DNA from: Eledone cirrhosa
Lineage: Eukaryota
Assembly (NCBI GenBank): GCA_964016885.1
Contig: OZ024760.1
Span: 24,428,001-24,492,000, forward strand
Direction of reading: 5' to 3'
DNA: 64,000 nt
Each line of letters begins with the position of its first letter. Within the stretch, counting starts at the first letter, position 1. Made by a program: the position numbers and the translations under genes. The notes beneath the pieces were generated by a model. That model worked only from the letters and a program-made list of their open reading frames with translations, made no database searches and was not told the DNA's origin. Positions 13,720-27,375 of the stretch are shown here, piece after piece.

Positions 13720-15197
13720 TATGGTGTTGGTGTTACTGTTGTTGTTGTTACTGTTGTTGTTGTTACTGTTGTTGTTATTGTTACTGTTGTTGTTGTTACT
13801 GTTGTTGTTGTTGTTACTGTTGTTGTTGGTGTTGTTGTTACTGTTGTTGTTGTGGTGTTGTTGTTTTTATGTTGCTATTGTTTTACTGTTGTTGTTGTGG
13901 TTGTTTTTTTGTTGCTGTTTTTCTTTTTGTCTTTGATTTTGATGATGTTGTTAGTGTTGGTGTTGGTTTTGGATCTGGTGTTGTTGCTTTTGTTGTTGTT
14001 GTTGTTGTTGTTCTTGTTGTCGTTATTGCTGCTGTTACTGTTGTTGTTTTTATGTTGTTGTTGTTACTGTTGTTACTGTTGTTGCTGTGGTTGTTTTTGT
14101 TGGTGTTGCTGTTTGATTTTGATGTTGTTGTTGGTGTTGGTTTTGGATCTGGTGTTGTTGCTTTTGTTGTTGTTGTTGTTCTTGTTCTTGTTTTTGTTGT
14201 TGCTGCTGCTGTTGTTGTTGTTGCTGCTACTCTCGTTGTTGTTGTTGCTGCTACTCTCGTTGTTGTTGTGGTTGTTGTTGCTGTTGCTTTTGCTGCTCTT
14301 ACTATTCACAGTGTTGCTGTCGTTGCTGTTGCTGTTGTTGCTGTTATTGTTGTTGTTCCTACCGATGATGTTTTTGTTGTTGCTATTGTTGTTATCATTG
14401 CTGTTATTGTCGTTGCTATTGTTGTTGTTGTTATTGTTGTTCTTGTTGCTGCTGTTGCTGTTGTTTTTTGTTGCTGTTATTGTCGTTATCGTTGCTACTA
14501 TTGTCGTTGCTGTTGTTGTTGCTGTTGTTGCTGCTGCTACTACTGTCGTTGTTGTTATTGTTATTTGTATTGTCGTTGCTGTTGTTGCTGCTGCTGTTGT
14601 TGTTGTTATTGGTGCTGCTGTTGTTGTTGCTTTTATTGTTGTTGCTGTTGTTGTTGCTTTTATTGTCGTTGCTGTTGTTGTTGTTGTTATTATCGTTGCT
14701 ATTGTTGTTGTTGTTATTGGTGTTGTTGTCATTGTCGTTGTTGCTATTGGTGTTGTTGTTATTGTCGTTGTTGTTGTTATTGTCGTTGTTGCTATTTGTG
14801 TTGTTGTTATTGTCGTTGTTGTTGTTATTGTCGTTGTTGTTGTTGTTGTTATTATCGTTGCTATTGTTGTTGTTATTATCGTTGTTGTTGTTATTGTCAT
14901 TGTTGCTATTGGTGTTGTTGTTATTGTCGTTGTTGTTGTTGTTATTATCGTTGCTGTTGTTGTTGTTGTTGTTGTTATTATCGTCGCTATTGTTGTTGTT
15001 GTTATTGTCGTTGTTGCTATTGGTGTTGTTGTTATCGTTGTTGTTGTTGTTGTTATTGTCGTTGCTATTGTTGTTGTTGTCATCGTCGTTGCTATTGTTG
15101 TTGTAGTTGTTGTTATTGTCGTTGCTATTGTTGTTGTTGTTGTCGTCGTCGTTGCTATTGTTGTTGTTGTTGTTGTTGTCATCGTCGTTGCTATTGT
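13720..15197. repeat. Degenerate (GTT)n trinucleotide tract
   Basis: Direct reading; explains the poly-L/V/C/T ORFs. Confidence 0.9.
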
Positions 15198-15521
15198 ATG
15201 CTTCATTACATGAACTTCGGCTCTAACAATCCATTATTTACACAACTGAAATTAAAGAATATTTGACAAACTATAAATCATTTTACACACAACTCTGCTG
15301 TTAGTTTCGACAAATAAGAATAGCCTGTACACTGCTCTCTCGACATGCATGGTATAGTAGCTAATTGTCCCTCACGTAATATCCTATCGTTAAAAACAGA
15401 CAAAAGAAATATACAAAAAAAAAAAAACAGCAATGAAAGTACACCTGGGAAACGAAATCGAATATTATTGATTGTAATTGTGTTTGTTTAGGAATGACCT
15501 GGGGCCTAAACCTACACTACC

Positions 15522-16725
15522 GGCACCACAACCACCACCTCCACACACCACTACCACCACCACACACCGCTACCACCACCACACACCACCATCAACATCA
15601 CCTCCACAATCTCCACCAAAACCAGCAAAACCAACAGCACACCACCACCACCACCACCACCACCACCAATACCCCAACACCAACAACAACACAATGACAA
15701 CCACCACCACAAGAAGAAGACGAAGAAGAAGAAGAACAACAACAACCACAACTACCACCATCACCATCACCATCATCACGCCTCCTCCACCACCACCACC
15801 ACAATCACCACCACTACCACAAGAACAAAACAACAACCACAACCACCACCATCACCATCATCACGCCTCCACAACCACCACTACCACCACCACCACCACC
15901 ACCACCACCACAAGAACAACAAAACAACAACCACAACCACCACCACCATCACCACCACCATCACCATCATCACACCTCCACAACCACCACCACCACAATC
16001 ACCACCACAAGAACAAAACAACCACAACCACCACCATCACCACAACCACCACCACCACCATCATCACACCTCCACAACCACCACCACCACAATCACCACC
16101 ACCACCACAACAACAACAAAACAACAACCACAACCACCACCATCACCACCACCATCATCACGCCTCCACAACCACCACTACCACAATCACCACCACCACC
16201 ACCACAAGAACAACAAAACAACAACAACCACAACGACCACCATCACCACCACCATCACCATCATCACGCCTCCACAACCACCACTACCACCACCACCACC
16301 ACCACCACCACCACAAGAACAACAAAACAACAACCACAACCACCACCACCATCACCACCACCATCACCATCATCACACCTCCACAACCACCACCACCACA
16401 ATCACCACCACAAGAACAAAACAACCACAACCACCACCATCACCACAACCACCACCACCACCATCAACACGCCTCCACAACCACCACCACCACAATCACC
16501 ACCACCACCACAAGAACAACAAAACAACAACTACCACAACCATCACCATCACCATCATCACGCCTCCACAACCACCACCACCACAATCACCACCACCACC
16601 ACCACCACAAGAACAACAAAACAACAACTACCCCAACCATCACCATCACCATCATCACGCCTCCACAACCACAACCACCACCATCACACCACCACGATGA
16701 CTACCACCACAACCGCTATCACCAC
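15522..16725. repeat. Degenerate (CAC/CAA)n tract with higher-order units
   Basis: catcacgcctccacaacc and caagaacaacaaaacaac recur. Confidence 0.9.
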
Positions 16726-16994
16726 TTCCCTTATTTCCCCTCTAATGGAGGGCGGCGAGGCGATCTTCACAATGGACTCAGTTGATAGTCGTGTCCGTCC
16801 TACACGTGACAGCAGGTGCTCGACATAAACCCGCAGCTCAGCAATACTTGAACCCTCGACGAGTGAGTGCAGGACGGTTTCGGACAGGCCCGACTGACGG
16901 CAGTTCCATGCTTGTAGAGTTCCTCCCGAACTCGCAAAGCTCCTCGGTAGCACTGCCAGAAGCTAAGGATTCCTGGATGTTATTCAAGTTCCCT

Positions 16995-17745
16995 GGTCTG
17001 AAAGTCCTCTGGAAAAGAGTGGCCAGATTTTCATCGACGTTCAGAATCTTCCCCAAAAGGTCATCGTTTTTGCATCCCCTGAAAGTCCTACGGAAAAGTA
17101 GGACTAGGTGCTTGTCGACGCTCATAGTCTCCCCAAGAACGCCGTCGTTTTTACCTCCCCTGAAAGTCCATTGGAAAAGAATGGTTAGTTGACTTTCGTT
17201 GACGTCCAGAGTCTATCCAAGAACATCGCCGCTCTTACCTCTCCTGAAAGTCCTTTGGAAAAGAGAGGTAAGTTGATTTTTGTCGATGTCCAGAGTCTAG
17301 CCAAGAACATCGTCGCTCTTAGCTCCCCTGAAAGTCCTTTGGAAAAGAGAGGTAAGTTGATTTTTGTCGATGTCCAGAGTCTAGCCAAGAACGTCGTCGC
17401 TCTTAGCTCCCCGGAAAGTCCTTTGGAAAAGAGAGGTAAGTTGATTTTTGTCGATGTCCAGAGTCTATCCAAGAACATCGTCGCTCTTACCTCCCCTGAA
17501 AGTCCTCTGAAAAAGAGAGGTAAGTTGATTTTTGTCGATGTCCAGTATCTTCCCAAGAAGGTCATCATTTTTACCTCCTCCTGAAAGTCCTCTGGAAAAA
17601 GTGTTTCTAGAATTTCATCGACGCCCAGAGTTTCCCAAAGAACGTCGTCATTTTTACTTCCCCTAAGATTTCTCTGGAAAAGAGAGGTAAGTTGACTTTT
17701 GTCGATGTCCAGAATCTTCTCACGAACGTCATCGTTTTTATCTGC
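16995..17745. repeat. 84-bp tandem repeat x~9
   Basis: Unit ctgaaagtcctttggaaaagagaggtaagttgatttttgtcgatgtccagagtctagccaagaacatcgtcgctcttagctcccc; 28-aa periodicity in the ORF track. Confidence 0.9.
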
Positions 17746-18067
17746 CACTAGAGGAAGCTAAAGTAGAGTTTCCACCTGTCGTCCCGCGCGATTGGCCGAG
17801 GGCTGTGAGCGCTTGGAGACATTCCAGCGTCCAATAATCATACTGTTTGTTAAACATATTATTTAAAGTACCTTTTAATGTACATAGCAAATAGATTTTA
17901 CCGCCATTATGGCAATCTACTTCTATAATTAAATTATAAAAATGATTTGATAAATAACATTATTGATGAGCATGATAATGATGATGATGATGATAATGAT
18001 GATGATGATGAAGGTGATAATGATGATGAAGATGATAATAACGATGATGATGATGTTAATAATAATA

Positions 18068-18635
18068 ATTGTTTCTACTTTTGGCACAAGGCCAGCAATT
18101 ATCCAATGCATTACTGGTACTTTATTCTATCGACCCCGGAAGGATGAAAATAATAATAATAATGGTTTCTTATATAGACCCCAATGCGTGACTGGTACTT
18201 TATATTATCAACCCCGTAAGGATGAAAGGCAAAGTTAACCCCGGCGAGATTTGAACTCATAATTTAAAGGGACATAACTCTATGCTGCAACGCATGTTGT
18301 CTGACGCTCTACCGATAATACTGCCAATGAACCGGTGATGATAATGATGATGGTGATAATGATAATGATGAAGGTGATAATGATAATGATGAAGGTGATA
18401 ATGATAATGATGATGATGATGACGATGCAGCTGATGATTAAGTTAATAAAAATAATAATTGTTTCTACATTTGGCACAAGGCCAGTAATTATCCAGTGCA
18501 TTACTGGTACTTTTATTTTATCGGCCCCATAAGGATGAAAGGCAAAGTCAACCTCGGCGGGATTTGAACTCAGATCGTAAAGGGACGTAACTATGCTGGA
18601 AAGCATGGCGTCCGACCCTCTACCGATACTGCCAA
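18068..18635 (-). mobile_element. Nin/Deu-like SINE copies separated by (ATG)n tracts
   Basis: Full copy at ~18460-18635, partial copies at 18068-18330. Confidence 0.75.
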
Positions 18636-20353
18636 TGATTTCTTTAATGGCTACAAGGGCTGACACCAAGAAAAACATTACAGACGGCCAAGAACGGTAC
18701 GATGTGGGTTTTGTGCGTGTAAAGATTTTTATTATTTATATAAGAAAATAATAAGAATAATAATAATAATAACAACAACACTAATAAATGACAAAATTCA
18801 ATTTTCATGGCGGCTAACTAGATATTTCTCACAGGCTTAAAACTGTCTTGGAGAAAGCCAGTTAATATGATGTCATACAATCTGCATGCAGATCTTTAAA
18901 ATTAATTAATTCATTAATTTATGCAGATATTTGACAAATGATGAAATATCGGGTGTCATGTCATTAAGGTGTGTGTCATGTGTCGTGTGTCATGTGATGG
19001 ATCTTCGTCGTTTTGTGACGACGTCTGGCTGGAAAATACTAGTTGTTGTTTTATTAACTAAAACAGCTTGCTCTTGAAGTTAACGTGCAACAGGCTCTAG
19101 AATTCACCACTGTTTGCCACTGGCAGGGTTAGATTTAATGGGACCCCCACTAGAAATGGCCGTAGCAATGGCCGTAGCAATTTATTTGTGCCATCTGCTG
19201 AGATTTTCAATTTTATCCTTTGTCAGCGTGTACTATTGTTTCACCAAAATGTATTTAATGTCTTTACTATGGCAAATTTCATCAAGTTTTCTTAACTTTA
19301 GAGACACCAGTCTTTGATGTTGCTGTGTAAATGTGGTTGTGCTGGCATAGCATAGACAAAACACAGTAAACACTCTAAAGTGGTTATGTTAAGAAGGGTA
19401 TCCAGCCATACAAAGCATGCCAAATATGTAATATCTGAACATTGTTCCCAGGGAGATATGACAAGCCTGGTCCTTTTGAAATTACTGGTACAAACACACA
19501 CGCACACACACACAGGTATGTTATAGACAGACGGACACACACACTCACACACACATACACACAGGCAGACAAACACTCCCATGCACACACGCAGACAGAA
19601 AGGCACGCACATCGATGCATGCACATATAGACAGATACGCATACACACCGCCAGACAGAAACACCCACATGCATATACAGATAGACACACACATGGGCAT
19701 ACGCACACATACATATACAGAGATATACACAAACCGATACATACGGACAGGCACACGCACGCACATACACACACCGACGCATTCACGCAGACACATACAC
19801 ATAAAGACACACATACACATACATGCGGACAGACATACACACACACGCACATACACACACGCACATACACACACCTACGCACATACACACACAGACGCAC
19901 ATACACACACATACAGACACATACACATGCAGACACATACACACATATACACATATCCACACATACACATACACACACATACATACACACATACACACGC
20001 ATGCAAACACACACTCATACACATACACACAGACATATACACACACATACACATACATACACACACAGACATACACAGAGACACACGCAGACAGGCACAT
20101 ACATACACATAATCACATACAAACACACACACATACACACACAAACACACTCATACAGACACACACACACGTACACCCACACACATACACACATACACAC
20201 ACACACACAGTCCCATAGACACATACAGGCGGACAGTAAGTCGTAAATATCAATTTAGGAGTATGTCCTGACATTTTTTTCTCACCGTTTACGGAAGCGT
20301 ATAATCTGTAAAGAAATTACTGCTTCCAACAGACTGGAACGTAATATTGGCAG

Positions 20354-20387
<34 letters not shown>

Positions 20388-20508
20388 TATAAATATATAT
20401 ATGGGATACACATATATATATATATGGGATATATATATATATATATATAATGGGTACATATATATATATATATAAGGGATACACACACACACACATGTAT
20501 ATATATAT

Positions 20509-20552
<44 letters not shown>

Positions 20553-20887
20553 TGAAACATATATATAAGGGATACATATATATATAATAGATATATATAT
20601 ACAATACACACACGAATATATATATATATATATATATATAAGGAATATATATATATATATATAATTAACATATAGGTTATATATATATATATATATATAG
20701 ATAGATACATATATATGGGATATATATATATATACATATGTATACATATGTATATATATATATATATATACTTAATATATACGATATACATATGTATATA
20801 TATATACTTAATATATACGATATAAATATATATATATATGTATATATGCACAAATATATATATATATATATTTATATATATAGATAG

Positions 20888-20946
<59 letters not shown>

Positions 20947-21289
20947 TACATACATACATACATACATACATACATACATACATACATACATACATACATA
21001 CATGTGTATATATATATATATACATACATATTATATACCCACACGCACATATACACACATATAAACATCACACGTGCCTGGTCTGAGAAGATATAAAATA
21101 AGAACAGGAAGAAAAACAGAACAACAAAACATAACATAAACCTTTCGCCCCCCCCTCTCCCCTACAAAAACAACAACAACCTTGAGACAGTCGAAGCTTC
21201 AATTTCTTGTCTGTCTTGCTGTAAAAGAAAATCTAAAATCTGTCTCAAAGCTAGAAGTTCATCAGTCTAATACTTGTCCCAGTTTCAGT

Positions 21290-21885
21290 GGCGTGAAGTG
21301 ATTTACCCTGGACAGAACGCCAGTCCATCGCTAGGTTAAGCTCCTAGCTATTTGCTGGTACTCAGCTGAAAATGAGTATACTGGAGCCACGTTAAATGAA
21401 GTGTTTGTCCTCAAAAACATAACATACAACCCAGTTCATTATGATTGTACCACGACATAACCCCAAGAACATAACACACAACCCAGTTCATTATGATTGT
21501 ACCACGACATAACCCCAAGAACATAACACACAACCTAGTTTATTATGATTGTACCACGACATTACCCCAAGAACATAACACACAACCCAGTTTATTATGA
21601 TTGTACCACGACATTATCCCAAGCACATAACACACAACCCTCTTTATTATGATTCCCTATATGATCTGAGTTCAAATCCCGCCGAGGTTAACTTTGCCTT
21701 TCATCCTTACGGTGTCGATGAAATAAAGTACCAGTGATACACTGAAATAATTGCTGGCCTTGTGCCAAAAGTAGAAGCAATTATGATTGTACCCAGGACA
21801 TTACCCCAAGAACTTAACTCACAACCACGTTCAGGGATGGAACCCACGAAATTGTGATTGTAAATCCAACACCCTTACCACGAAA
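21290..21885 (-). mobile_element. CORE/V-like SINE interrupted by a 52-bp minisatellite and a plus-strand Nin/Deu-like SINE fragment (21655-21785)
   Basis: SINE body at 21290-21430; head remnant at 21800-21885. Confidence 0.65.
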
Positions 21886-22341
21886 CCTCAATGAATATTC
21901 ATGAACACTGATCTTGTCAAACTTTAGCACTACAGGATTTCATATTTCAAATTATCGTTATATTCCACCATTTCTTTCCAATACTTTTTACTCTCGCATC
22001 AGACATGTACCAAAGTCCACCACTTTTAATCACTAAACTACGTGCAACAACGTCTTGCTGCAAACGTTTCTTTGTTGAATATATTTGAGTCGACGTCCCG
22101 TCTGAGTTTGCATAACGCTGCAGAGCATCCTTCAAATTTAAACCATCTTCTAATATGCATATATGCACAAAACGTGTTCACTTCACCAAACACAACGTCA
22201 CTGCTGACATCTATGTATGGATCAAGGAGTAATTTCTGTTTTCCAAGTGTATTAACTTAGAAGGATACATATAGCGTCTGATGATAAACACCTAAAAGTC
22301 AAAATATTATGAACAATTACTAAAAAATTGTATAACACATA

Positions 22342-22382
22342 CCGAGAACAATTGTTTCACCTTATGCGGATCTTCAGCTTGG
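22342..22382 (-). ncRNA. Minimal hammerhead ribozyme
   Basis: CCAAG-CUGAAGA-UCC(GCAUAA)GGU-GAAA-CAAUUG-UU^CUCGG; one stem I mismatch; palindromic AACAAUUGUU. Confidence 0.65.
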
Positions 22383-22593
22383 ACTGGTTATATATATGTA
22401 GTGTATATGTATTTCACCCTAGTGGTTTTATACCCCTGTAAATGAAAACACATTCTCCTGCGTTTTTTCCTCTCTATATTGTATTTTGAAGTGCCCAGGA
22501 ACTTTTCCTTTGTGCTCATTAAATTACAGGGATAAACGCGAGTCCTTTACTCCAGTGCTTTACTTGATATACATAACACACACACACACACAC

Positions 22594-22625
<32 letters not shown>

Positions 22626-23190
22626 GCGTATCGTAATAATAATAAATGTGAAGACTAAAATCCGAAGAGGGCTCGATAATATATTAAACCATTGAGCATT
22701 TGCTTAAACTTTAATCTGTTATTTTAATAAATATATATCTATGTGTGTGTGTGGGGGTGGGGTGCTGCGTGTATACGTGTGTGTATGTTAAGAACAAACG
22801 AGGTTTCACATTAAAGTCTTTATTGATTATGCACATTTACGAACGTTTCGCAGATGAGTGGCTCAGGGTCCATGCAAATGCCGTAGACCCGACTCCAACC
22901 CGAGATGAGATTTTCGTTTTACTTGATTAACATGTCTGCATTATCTACAAGCATATATATAGATACTATTAGATACCTTTTGATTCTCAGGAGTTCCTCA
23001 GCCCATTGATGGATATGGTTTTTGTTTTCCATCCCACATGGTGCACAAAAATTTTCCTCCTCCTCAGCAAGCAGGCTTAGTGAGGAATTGTCGGTTTCGA
23101 CGGCGATGATCCGACCATGCAACATGTGGTACTAGCTTCCATATTACCAGTGGCGCTCAACATTGTCATGTGAAAAAAAACCCAAAACAA

Positions 23191-23221
<31 letters not shown>

Positions 23222-24085
23222 AAAAACAAACGTTTAGAGAAAATCTAAACCATGAAAGCTGAACGTGCAAGAATAGTATGATTGATTTTTTGTTGTTACA
23301 ATTCACAGAGAATACATTGAACAGACGATTCTCTTAAAATAACAACAACAACAAAAAATTAAATAAAATGAAATAAATAAAATAAAAACCAAACAAACAG
23401 CAAAAAATACAATAAAACAAAGCAAAAAATAACCAGAAAAAAAGAAATCCACGCAAGAATTGATTAGCAATAACTCGAAGAATTAGGAATAAAAATCGTC
23501 TCTAGTTACAGGAACGGTGCCAAATATAATTGAATGATTCTGTGTACACCACAATCTTTAACAACAAATCGAACTTAGCTGATTTATATTCATATAATAA
23601 TTATTATCGGTTAGTCATGTTTTTTCTTTTCTCCTTCTCTATTTATTCCTTTCTTCAGACTTCAGAATTACCAACTTTTTACAAGACATTTCTTTGAAAT
23701 ACAAGAAGTATAACATACGTACATATACACATATATACACATATATATGCATACAGTCACACATACACACATATACACACATATATACACATATATACAC
23801 ATATATACGCATACAATCACACATACACTGACACATACACACAAACAAATATATATATATATATATATGTATATGTATGTATATTTATACCTGTATATAT
23901 ATGTATGAATAAATATATGTTTATATATACATACGTACATATATATATGTATATAGATATATTCACATGCATATTATATACATACATATATGTATTTGTT
24001 TTTACATATATATATATATATACACATATTTTACATATACACATATACACATGTATACACATGTATATTTACATATATATATATG

Positions 24086-24189
<104 letters not shown>

Positions 24190-24878
24190 CATCTTCATAT
24201 ATATGTCCCTGTGTATGTTATTGTAAATATATATATATACAATAACATATAATATATAATATATATAGCGTTATTTTGAAATAGATATATACATAAACAA
24301 ATACATACATACATACATACATATCCACGTGTCTGTGAATTTGTATATACCAATATATAGCAATATATACGTGATAAAATACATATATAAAAACAAAAGT
24401 AATTTCCAAAGAATATGTTAGCCAGAATATGTTCAAGTGATTCTATAGTGAATTTCTCTTTTATTGAATTCCTATTGGTCTTTTATATATTTTCGAAAGC
24501 TCCGTCGTTTACGCCAAGATATATGACTTGAAATAATGCAACTCGTTGTTCTCTTTAACCATAGAAAAATACCACGCCACTAAAACTCTCTCCAGCAGAA
24601 ATTCACAAAGAATTCATGTAGGCATGCACATACACGCTCAGAAACATAAACACATACACACACACACATATATACACGTATATATATATATGTATATGCA
24701 TATGTATATATATATATATATATATAATATAAATGTGCGTGAATATGTCTATATGTTTATACACACAGACATATATATATATATATATATATTTACACAC
24801 ACATAGAGACACACACACACATATATATATATTTCGTTTCTGAATTTATTGGCAACATGACCCTCCCAAAGTATAACA

Positions 24879-24920
<42 letters not shown>

Positions 24921-25106
24921 TAATTTAATATATCAACTAACATAAGCGCACAGATGCACGCCCATGCCAGCAAATACACAGGTTATGTCATAGTACCTAG
25001 GTGGTTCAATGCAGGAGAATGCAGAACAATAATATAAAGGACGTAAAATAAAAAAATATTTTTTTAAAAAAAATTTAAAAAAAATTTTTTTCTTACTTAA
25101 ATTTTC

Positions 25107-25188
25107 ACTCCAACTAATTAGTTTCTGCAATGGGATAAAGACAGTTACGTAATTCAACTGTCGAGAATTCATTGCGTCATCAGGAAGT
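25107..25188 (-). ncRNA. Hammerhead ribozyme, unit 1
   Basis: ACUUC-CUGAUGA-C-GCAAUG...CAUUGC-A-GAAA-CUA(AU)UAG-UU^GGAGU. Confidence 0.85.
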
Positions 25189-25663
25189 CTATTCTCAGTT
25201 AAGTTTCCAGGCAATGCGCGGACACTGGCGGCTCATATAAAAATAATAATAATTCGGTAGATCGAACAGCTTGCGAGGACTGAATTCTATGTACCGAAAT
25301 TCTCACTGCTTCAAGTCAAATGGCCGATTCTAAAGAATCAATCACGTGACACAGAGGCTAGTTAGAAGGAATGGGATGGTAAGATGACTGACGCCTACTA
25401 ACACCCCAAAAAAATTTTTTTAGAAGTGGTTTTGACAAGTTTGCTCGACAAATCAGTGATTTGGAGATAAATATAGATAATTTAATATATCAACTAACAT
25501 AAGCGCACAGATGCACGCCCATGCCAGCAAATACACAGGTTATGTCATAGTACCTAGGTGGTTCAATGCAGGAGAATGCAGAACAATAATATAAAGGACG
25601 TAAAATAAAAAAATATTTTTTTAAAAAAAATTTAAAAAAAATTTTTTTCTTACTTAAATTTTC

Positions 25664-25745
25664 ACTCCAACTAATTAGTTTCTGCAATGGGATAAAGACA
25701 GTTACGTAATTCAACTGTCGAGAATTCATTGCGTCATCAGGAAGT
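25664..25745 (-). ncRNA. Hammerhead ribozyme, unit 2
   Basis: Same motif, offset +557. Confidence 0.85.
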
Positions 25746-26220
25746 CTATTCTCAGTTAAGTTTCCAGGCAATGCGCGGACACTGGCGGCTCATATAAAAA
25801 TAATAATAATTCGGTAGATCGAACAGCTTGCGAGGACTGAATTCTATGTACCGAAATTCTCACTGCTTCAAGTCAAATGGCCGATTCTAAAGAATCAATC
25901 ACGTGACACAGAGGCTAGTTAGAAGGAATGGGATGGTAAGATGACTGACGCCTACTAACACCCCAAAAAAATTTTTTTAGAAGTGGTTTTGACAAGTTTG
26001 CTCGACAAATCAGTGATTTGGAGATAAATATAGATAATTTAATATATCAACTAACATAAGCGCACAGATGCACGCCCATGCCAGCAAATACACAGGTTAT
26101 GTCATAGTACCTAGGTGGTTCAATGCAGGAGAATGCAGAACAATAATATAAAGGACGTAAAATAAAAAAATATTTTTTTAAAAGAAATTTAAAAAAAATT
26201 TTTTTCTTACTTAAATTTTC

Positions 26221-26302
26221 ACTCCAACTAATTAGTTTCTGCAATGGGATAAAGACAGTTACGTAATTCAACTGTCGAGAATTCATTGCGTCATCAGGAA
26301 GT
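26221..26302 (-). ncRNA. Hammerhead ribozyme, unit 3
   Basis: Same motif, offset +1114. Confidence 0.85.
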
Positions 26303-26970
26303 CTATTCTCAGTTAAGTTTCCAGGCAATGCGCGGACACTGGCGGCTCATATAAAAATAATAATAATTCGGTAGATCGAACAGCTTGCGAGGACTGAATT
26401 CTATGTACCGAAATTCTCACTGCTTCAAGTCAAATGGCCGATTCTAAGAATTACGTAACTGTCTTTATCCCATTGCAGAAACTAATTAGTTGGAGTGAAA
26501 ATTTAAGTAAGAAAAAAATGTTTTTAAATTTTTTTTAAAAAAATATTTTTTTATTTTACGTCCTTTATATTATTGTTCTGCATTCTCCTGCATTGAACCA
26601 CCTAGGTACTATGACATAACCTGTGTATTTGCTGGCATGGGCGTGCATCTGTGCGCTTATGTTAGTTGATATATTAAATTATCTATATTTATCTCCAAAT
26701 CACTGATTTGTCGAGCAAACTTGTCAAAACCACTTCTAAAAAAATTTTTTTGGGGTGTTAGTAGGCGTCAGTCATCTTACCATCCCATTCCTTCTAACTA
26801 GCCTCTGTGTCACGTGATTGATTCTTTAGAATCGGCCATTTGACTTGAAGCAGTGAGAATTTCGGTACATAGAATTCAGTCCTCGCAAGCTGTTCGATCT
26901 ACCGAATTATTATTATTTTTATATGAGCCGCCAGTGTCCGCGCATTGCCTGGAAACTTAACTGAGAATAG

Positions 26971-27052
26971 ACTTCCTGATGACGCAATGAATTCTCGACA
27001 GTTGAATTACGTAACTGTCTTTATCCCATTGCAGAAACTAATTAGTTGGAGT
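26971..27052 (+). ncRNA. Hammerhead ribozyme, inverted copy
   Basis: acttc ctgatga c gcaatg ... cattgc a gaaa ctaattag tt ggagt. Confidence 0.85.
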
Positions 27053-27119
27053 GAAAATTTAAGTAAGAAAAAAATTTTTTTTAAATTTTTTTTAAAAAAA
27101 TATTTTTTTATTTTACGTC

Positions 27120-27151
<32 letters not shown>

Positions 27152-27155
<4 letters not shown>

Positions 27156-27299
27156 AAGTATGACCCCCGACGGCAGAGCTCAAGCCGTTTCGACGTAGCC
27201 GTCGGGGTCATACTTTTTCCTATTTCCCACTCTACTACCCTAAGTATTGAGTACTCTGGTGCGTTATGGTCCATCTGGTTCCTTACCACAATTCCTTTG

Positions 27300-27301
<2 letters not shown>
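27152..27301 (+). mobile_element. Mini foldback family F copy (half-HHR plus tail)
   Basis: gacccc.gacggc.gagctcaagccgtttcgac, then tail ccactctactacc...ccttaccaca; (TA)n flanks. Confidence 0.8.

Positions 27302-27374
<73 letters not shown>

Positions 27375-27375
<1 letters not shown>

Larger units (their letters stand above)
24917..27125 (-). mobile_element. Non-coding HHR-bearing 557-bp unit: ~2.75 tandem copies plus ~1.2 inverted copies (retrozyme-like)
   Basis: Units start at ~24917, 25474 and 26031. Inversion junction at ~26447/26448. Copies are near-identical and (TA)n flanked, with one HHR per unit. Confidence 0.9.

Noticed and set aside
24933-27163. Repeated 93-aa ORF (MPGNLTENRL...)
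   Set aside because: It has a TTG start, crosses the HHR and poly-A/T tracts, and shows no recognisable motif; it recurs only because the unit is repeated.
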